The translations under genes were made by a program, and so were the position numbers. Source: the human T2T-CHM13v2.0 reference genome, Homo sapiens. Taken from it: DNA of 64,000 bases. Under the pieces are notes generated by a model that saw nothing but the letters and a program-made list of their open reading frames with translations, was not told the DNA's origin and made no database searches. Below are positions 48,861 to 64,000 of the stretch, one piece after another (within the stretch, counting starts at the first letter, position 1; the number at the start of each line of letters is the position of its first letter). The DNA lies in the NCBI RefSeq assembly GCF_009914755.1, contig NC_060926.1. One strand, 5' to 3'.

Positions 48861-50121
48861 CACCATATCTAATGTAATACATATTCCCAGGCTACTCTAA
48901 TTAGCTGCTTTTTTTAGGTCTGTCTCTCCCCACCAGAATATAGGCTGTGGGAGATCTGGAAGCTTGTCATCTTGTTCTCCTCTTTTGTAGGCTAATCAAG
49001 TGAAGCAATGGGAATGGAGAAGGAACAAAGAAATCTGTAAGTGGTTATAATCAATCAACCAGTTGTAAACACCACTGCACTTGGCCCAGCCTTGTTCTCC
49101 ATTTTTGTCCCAGTCTATATGGTGGGTACGCAATAAACTATGTTTAATTCATGAAATATCAAATAATGAGAAGGTTATAAGAGCACTAGATCATAAGAGC
49201 AGGAAGGCCGGTCTTAGAGTGTTTTTTAAAATGCCCCAAGGGTTGCAAGTGCTGTTTCAATCAGATACAGGAAACACTTAACAGTGGCTAACCACAAACA
49301 CCTGGGCTCAATGACGGTGGGCCCTACTCCTCCTCTATTTCCAATGCAAATGAAGCTGGAAGTTACAAGGCCTCTGTGCCTTTGTGAGAAAGAGTGAGAG
49401 ATTCAGCCAGGGAGTTCCCCGGCGGCTATAAAAGTTATAAAAGTATTGAAATATTTCCATAACTAACCTCTGACCACCCCATCTCAGGATCTCACATCCA
49501 GCAATTGGAGGGCTAATGCCTGACCTTACTAAGGCCAGCAGCCCCTAGGTTGTTAAATATTTTGAAAACCACCTCTGTTTTCTGAGAATTTGTTTACTGG
49601 CAGAAGCAAGTTTCGGAAAAGGTCAGTTTGAACTAGACCCTGAAGAACTCAAGTTTTGCCAACAGCTGCTCCATAGGATTTATTTATTTTTTATTTTATT
49701 TATTTATTTTTGAGATGGAGTCTCACTCTGTCACCCAGGCTGGAGTACAGTGGCGCAATCTCAGCTCACTGCAACTTCCACCTCAGCCTCCAGAGTAGCT
49801 GGGATTACAGGCCCATGCCACCATGCCCAGCTAAGTTTTATATTTTTAGTAGACATGGAGTTTCACCATGTTGGCCAGGCTGGTCTCGAACTCCTGGCCT
49901 CATATGATCCACCCACCTTGGCCTTCCAAAGTGCTAGGAATACAGGTGTGAGCCACCGTGCCCAACCGTAGGATCTTATATAGGTTGGCATAGGTTGGCA
50001 ACCTATTATTTACACTAGCTCCCTTTTTTTTTGTTTTTTTTTTTGTTTTTTTGTTTTGTTTTGTTTTGTTTTTTAGATGAAGCCTTCTTATGTTGCCCAG
50101 GCTGAGGCTGGAGGGCAGAGA

Positions 50122-50464
50122 TGTAAGGAAAAAGGATGTGCTGTGATCAAGAATAGGCCGAGGCAGACATCCAGTCCAGGATGACTCAGTGAGTTTGGAG
50201 CACAGGCGCACAACTCCGCTCATTATGTAACCACGCCACGTGAGGCGCATTATGTGATCACCCACATGGGCTCGTGCTTGGCTTGGAGCCACTATTGTCT
50301 CTAAAAGGTATAACTACCCTGCTGACACTGTACCTATGGCTCACGCCCAGGCTCGCTCACACTTGAAGGGTAAAGCCATGTCAAACTGCTTCCTTGAGTG
50401 TTTTTCCAGCTACTCACCACCTCACCGACTCCCTTAGGACCTCAGTTTGGGCTAAAACCTGACA
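50122..50464 (+). mobile_element. LTR18A-like 5' LTR (HERV-S / HERVL18)
   Basis: TGTAAGGAAA...AACCTGACA, 343 bp. Contains TGACTCA (50182-50188), TTATGTAA (50223-50230) and CACGTG (50237-50242). Followed by a Ser PBS. Confidence 0.82.
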
Positions 50465-50466
50465 AT

Positions 50467-50484
50467 TGGCATCACAAACAGGAT
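50467..50484 (+). promoter_or_regulatory. Primer-binding site, tRNA-Ser(CGA)
   Basis: TGGCATCACAAACAGGAT versus TGGCGTCACGAACAGGAT. Both mismatches are CpG decay. Confidence 0.75.
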
Positions 50485-52600
50485 CCTGGGATAAGTGACC
50501 CTTTGGTCTCTGCTGATTTTGGGTCTGCCATGTGGCTGCAACATGGGTTGTGGTACCCGGTGGCAGCTGTGCTGCTCCGATGGGCTCCGGTAGTAAACTG
50601 AGCAGCAGTGGATGGGTCCCCCGCCAGCATGGAGAAGGCACTGGGGCAGCTGGAAGCATGGAGCACTGAGAAAGAGCAAGCTCTTGCCGGCAGAGTTGGT
50701 GGGCATTTTTACTGCGCTAGGAGAAGTACACACCCAGTCCCTGAGGGATGCAGTGCAGGTGAGGGCCCTCCAGGTACAGGCAGGGCGCCTGGAGGCCCAG
50801 CTACACGGCTCAGAAAATGAGTTAGAAGCTTCTGTGAATGCAGGCCTGGGTCCATCGTCTTGGCCAGAGACCCCCACTTGGTGTGATACTGAGGGGGAAG
50901 AACCCCCGTTGTGGAGTGGCCCAGTGGTCCATCAGAAGGCTGTCAGCAGGACCCAGGGGTCCATGCCGTAAAGAAGGGGAAGATGCCCCACGCACAAGGG
51001 GCCTCCCCATGGGAGAAAGGGGGACCCAAAGAGTGACATGTTCACAGGTGTGGGTGGATTTGATTTTGGCCAGTGTTGACTGAGAAAACAATCTATAAGC
51101 AGCCCTATGAAGTACTCCTAACTTTGTGAGAACAGTTGTCTCCGGAGCAGCAATTCCAGAAAATGCCCAAGCGGGAGAAGGACATTGATATGCAACCCAG
51201 TCCCACCCAGGCACTTCAGCTCAAAGACTACATGCTGCAGCCAGGCAGTGGTATAGATTCTTTTCTGTTTAATTTGTACAGCAGGTGCTTGCGCTGGTAG
51301 GTACCAGTGCAGGTTGTACCCTTTTCTATGGGAACCTGGATAAGTTTCCAGGCAAGGCTTCATAGACAGCTATGAAAACTGATCAATGAAAGTGAAACCT
51401 GTATCTTTGCACCTTGGCATTGGCCACTTATGTAAATACATTCTAGGTGTGGATATTTTACATGGCTTGGCAGCTGTGCTGTCTATCACAAACTTGATGG
51501 ACTGCCTGACAACAGAATTGGGACAGTAGCACTATGTGGTGGACTTGGCTAATCCATTCTTTTCCAGAGAGCCAAGAACAGTTTGACTTCATGGGACGGT
51601 GACAATGAAATTTCAGTGTTGCTCAGGGCTATATGCATAGCCCCACCATATGTCATGGTCTCATTGACAATATTATGTTAACCTCTGATTCTCTTGCAGA
51701 TTTAGAAGCATCAATGCCCCTCTTGCCTGAGATTGGTATGGTGTGGCTGAGACCGCCTTCCTAGCAGCCAAGCAGGCTATTTAGCAGGCACAAGCTCTAC
51801 GGGTAGTTGACCAGGGGCACCCATTTGAGCTGGATGTGCATGTGACCACAGATGGTTTCGGTTGGAGCCTGTGGCAGCACATGGAGCGCTTGAGAATGCC
51901 AGGAGGCTTTTGGTCCCACTATGGAAGGGAGCTGAGCTCCAGTATTCTTTGATAGAGAAACAGCTAGCAGCTGTATATGTCGTTCTTCAGGCTTATGAAA
52001 GCATGCAGGACGGGCTACAGTCATCATGCAGATGATTTACTCAACAGTGGGATGGATACGTTCATGGGTAACAACTCGTGGAATGGGACAGTGCAGACAT
52101 CCACTTTGGCAAAGGGGGGCGCCTACTTAGAGCAGCGGAATACGCTGGGTACAAGTCCCTTAGCGGCAGAGTTGCAAGAGGTCTTGGGACCTGTAGTCCT
52201 AATGCAAGATAAGGCCGTGGGGCCTGTGGCACCCCCAGACCCTGGGCCTTCACCATTTAAGGAAGGGTGTCCCCCCATTCCTGATGATGCATGGTATACA
52301 GATGGGTCTAGCTGGGGTGCTACTGCTCCCTGGGTTGCTGTCACAGTCCACCCTAGTACTGACACCATATGGTTTGATACCAGGTGTGGACAAAGTAGCC
52401 AATGGGCTGAACTCAAAGCCGTGTGGATGGTGAACACCAAAGAGGTGACACCTATGGTAATCTGCACCAATAGCTGGGCAGTTTATTGAGGCTTAACCTT
52501 GTGGTTAACCACCTAGAAGTTACAGAAGTGGCCAGTTGGTCACCGGCCCATGTAAGGCCAAGCCATGTGGCAAGACCTACAGGAGGAAAGATGACCTCCT
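50485..52600 (+). pseudogene. HERV-S (class III) internal remnant: deleted gag/pol, ending after RNase H; no 3' LTR
   Basis: RT-like YVVDLANPF and GYMHSPTICHGL pieces, and RNase H WYTDGSSWG...GQSSQWAELKAVWMV (ORF 51977-52489). Confidence 0.8.
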
Positions 52601-52627
52601 CTGACTAGGTATGGGGAAGGCCATACC

Positions 52628-61002
<8,375 letters not shown>

Positions 61003-61266
61003 AAGAGGCAGACTTCTAAAAACAGAATTTAGGGTACATCGAAATATAGGACTCAGTGAAAGTGACATGCATCTTTTGATCTCAGAATTTGGGGGATCGA
61101 CGTTTGATTAATGTTCCTGTTATCACTGCTGCTCTTGTGGGCATTGTTCATCTTGCTGAAATTCTCTTTGATCTCAGTGCCCTGCAGGTCATTGTTGGTA
61201 GCTAAGAGCTGCACTGTCCAATACATTAGTCACTCACCATATGTGACTATGAGAATTTTAAACTTA

Positions 61267-62172
<906 letters not shown>

Positions 62173-62764
62173 ATACACAGTGCCACACAACGGAAGGGAG
62201 GCATACACCGCTGCTTTGAACCTGCTCCATGTTTGATGGACTCTAGCAGATCTGCCCCTACTCTGCTGTCATTGAATGTGCATTCTCCTTGTTTAGTTCC
62301 AAACTGCTCTTCCGCTGATGAAGAGAGGAGAGCCGGGTGTAGGCACAAATACTGATCAGAATCTACCCAGGACCTGCAGTCTCCCTAGTCCCATCTCCCA
62401 TTCAGGAGTTGCAAACAGGTACTTTTATCTAGTCAAAGATCTTTACAGAAACTTGAGAGCTGTAACCACATATATTTCCTCAATATTTCTCACCGCAATT
62501 GTTAGGTTAGACCCTGACAACTGAGCCACACCACTACTGGGACTGACCCTTGACCCAGAACTCTCCCCAAGGAAAACTTCAATATGAGCTGGATATTCAA
62601 TAACATGCAATACTTGTCAATGTTCCTAAGTGCTATAATGCCCCATTCCTAGCAATGAAATACAGATAAAGCAAATAGCATGTTATCCGTTACATCAAGA
62701 TGGTGAACACACAGGTATCAATGTACTAGTCTTTCCAGGTTTTCTGTTAAGTATAAAATTTTTT

Positions 62765-62810
62765 GTAAAAAAATTATCTGACACCAGTGGCATATTTAGT
62801 GCTTTTTATT
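62765..62810 (-). terminator. Candidate poly(A) site of the upstream minus-strand neighbour (probably the distal 3' end of POLR2D)
   Basis: AATAAA on the minus strand at 62805-62810 in non-repeat sequence, followed by a U-rich downstream element (A run 62767-62773 on +). The gene assignment is from recalled gene order only. Confidence 0.45.
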
Positions 62811-62911
62811 AACAGTATTACTAAGGCAACTCATCGATGCTGAAGTCCCATCCAGTATGCTATTTTTCATGCCTCAGGTCTAATAAATCTTAATAAAACC
62901 AGAATGACTAG

Positions 62912-63590
<679 letters not shown>

Positions 63591-63879
63591 CTAAAACTTT
63601 CAGAAAGACTTATCTGGTTAATTTAGCTTTCTGGTGAAGTGAGGGTTTGACAACCTATCTTTTTGTTGTATCAGTATGTTCCCAAATTCTTTCCTGATTT
63701 TACACAGTACAATGAGCCTAACAATGTTTCACAAATTGTGCAAGGTCTCCTAATAGCTATTTTTCAATAGCAATATGCTGTCCAGCCCTGTAAACAATTT
63801 TTGACTGTCTTGCAGAATAGCTGACCAGGCTTTCAACCTACAACAGCATGAGGTTGCTTTACCAAGTTCCCTAGTATGA

Positions 63880-63999
<120 letters not shown>

Positions 64000-64000
64000 C

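Overview
Human (great-ape-type) genomic DNA with very high Alu density and no protein-coding exon. A CpG-island promoter at ~29.5-30.9 kb drives a minus-strand gene. I recognise its non-coding first exon (30251-~30400, donor CG|GTGAGT) as WDR33, so bases 1-30250 would be WDR33 intron 1. That intron holds a hexamer-less SVA_F (6089-8907, sense to the gene) nested in an L1MC inside a Charlie DNA transposon, a Y4 RNA retrocopy and a TMA7 processed pseudogene. Upstream of the promoter are four co-oriented ERV relics: a solo LTR7 inside an Alu, an LTR9/HUERS-P3-type provirus, a full THE1 and a truncated LTR18/HERV-S. Then come a ZFP91 retrocopy fused to an Alu and a probable distal poly(A) site of the neighbouring minus-strand gene (likely POLR2D). 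Gene and subfamily names come from recall, not a database search. I found no wholly new system. The best leads are a WDR33-exon1/SVA exon-trap and premature-poly(A) configuration, a TISU-initiated uORF in exon 1, a ZFP91-Alu chimeric retrocopy and two re-used L1-endonuclease target sites.
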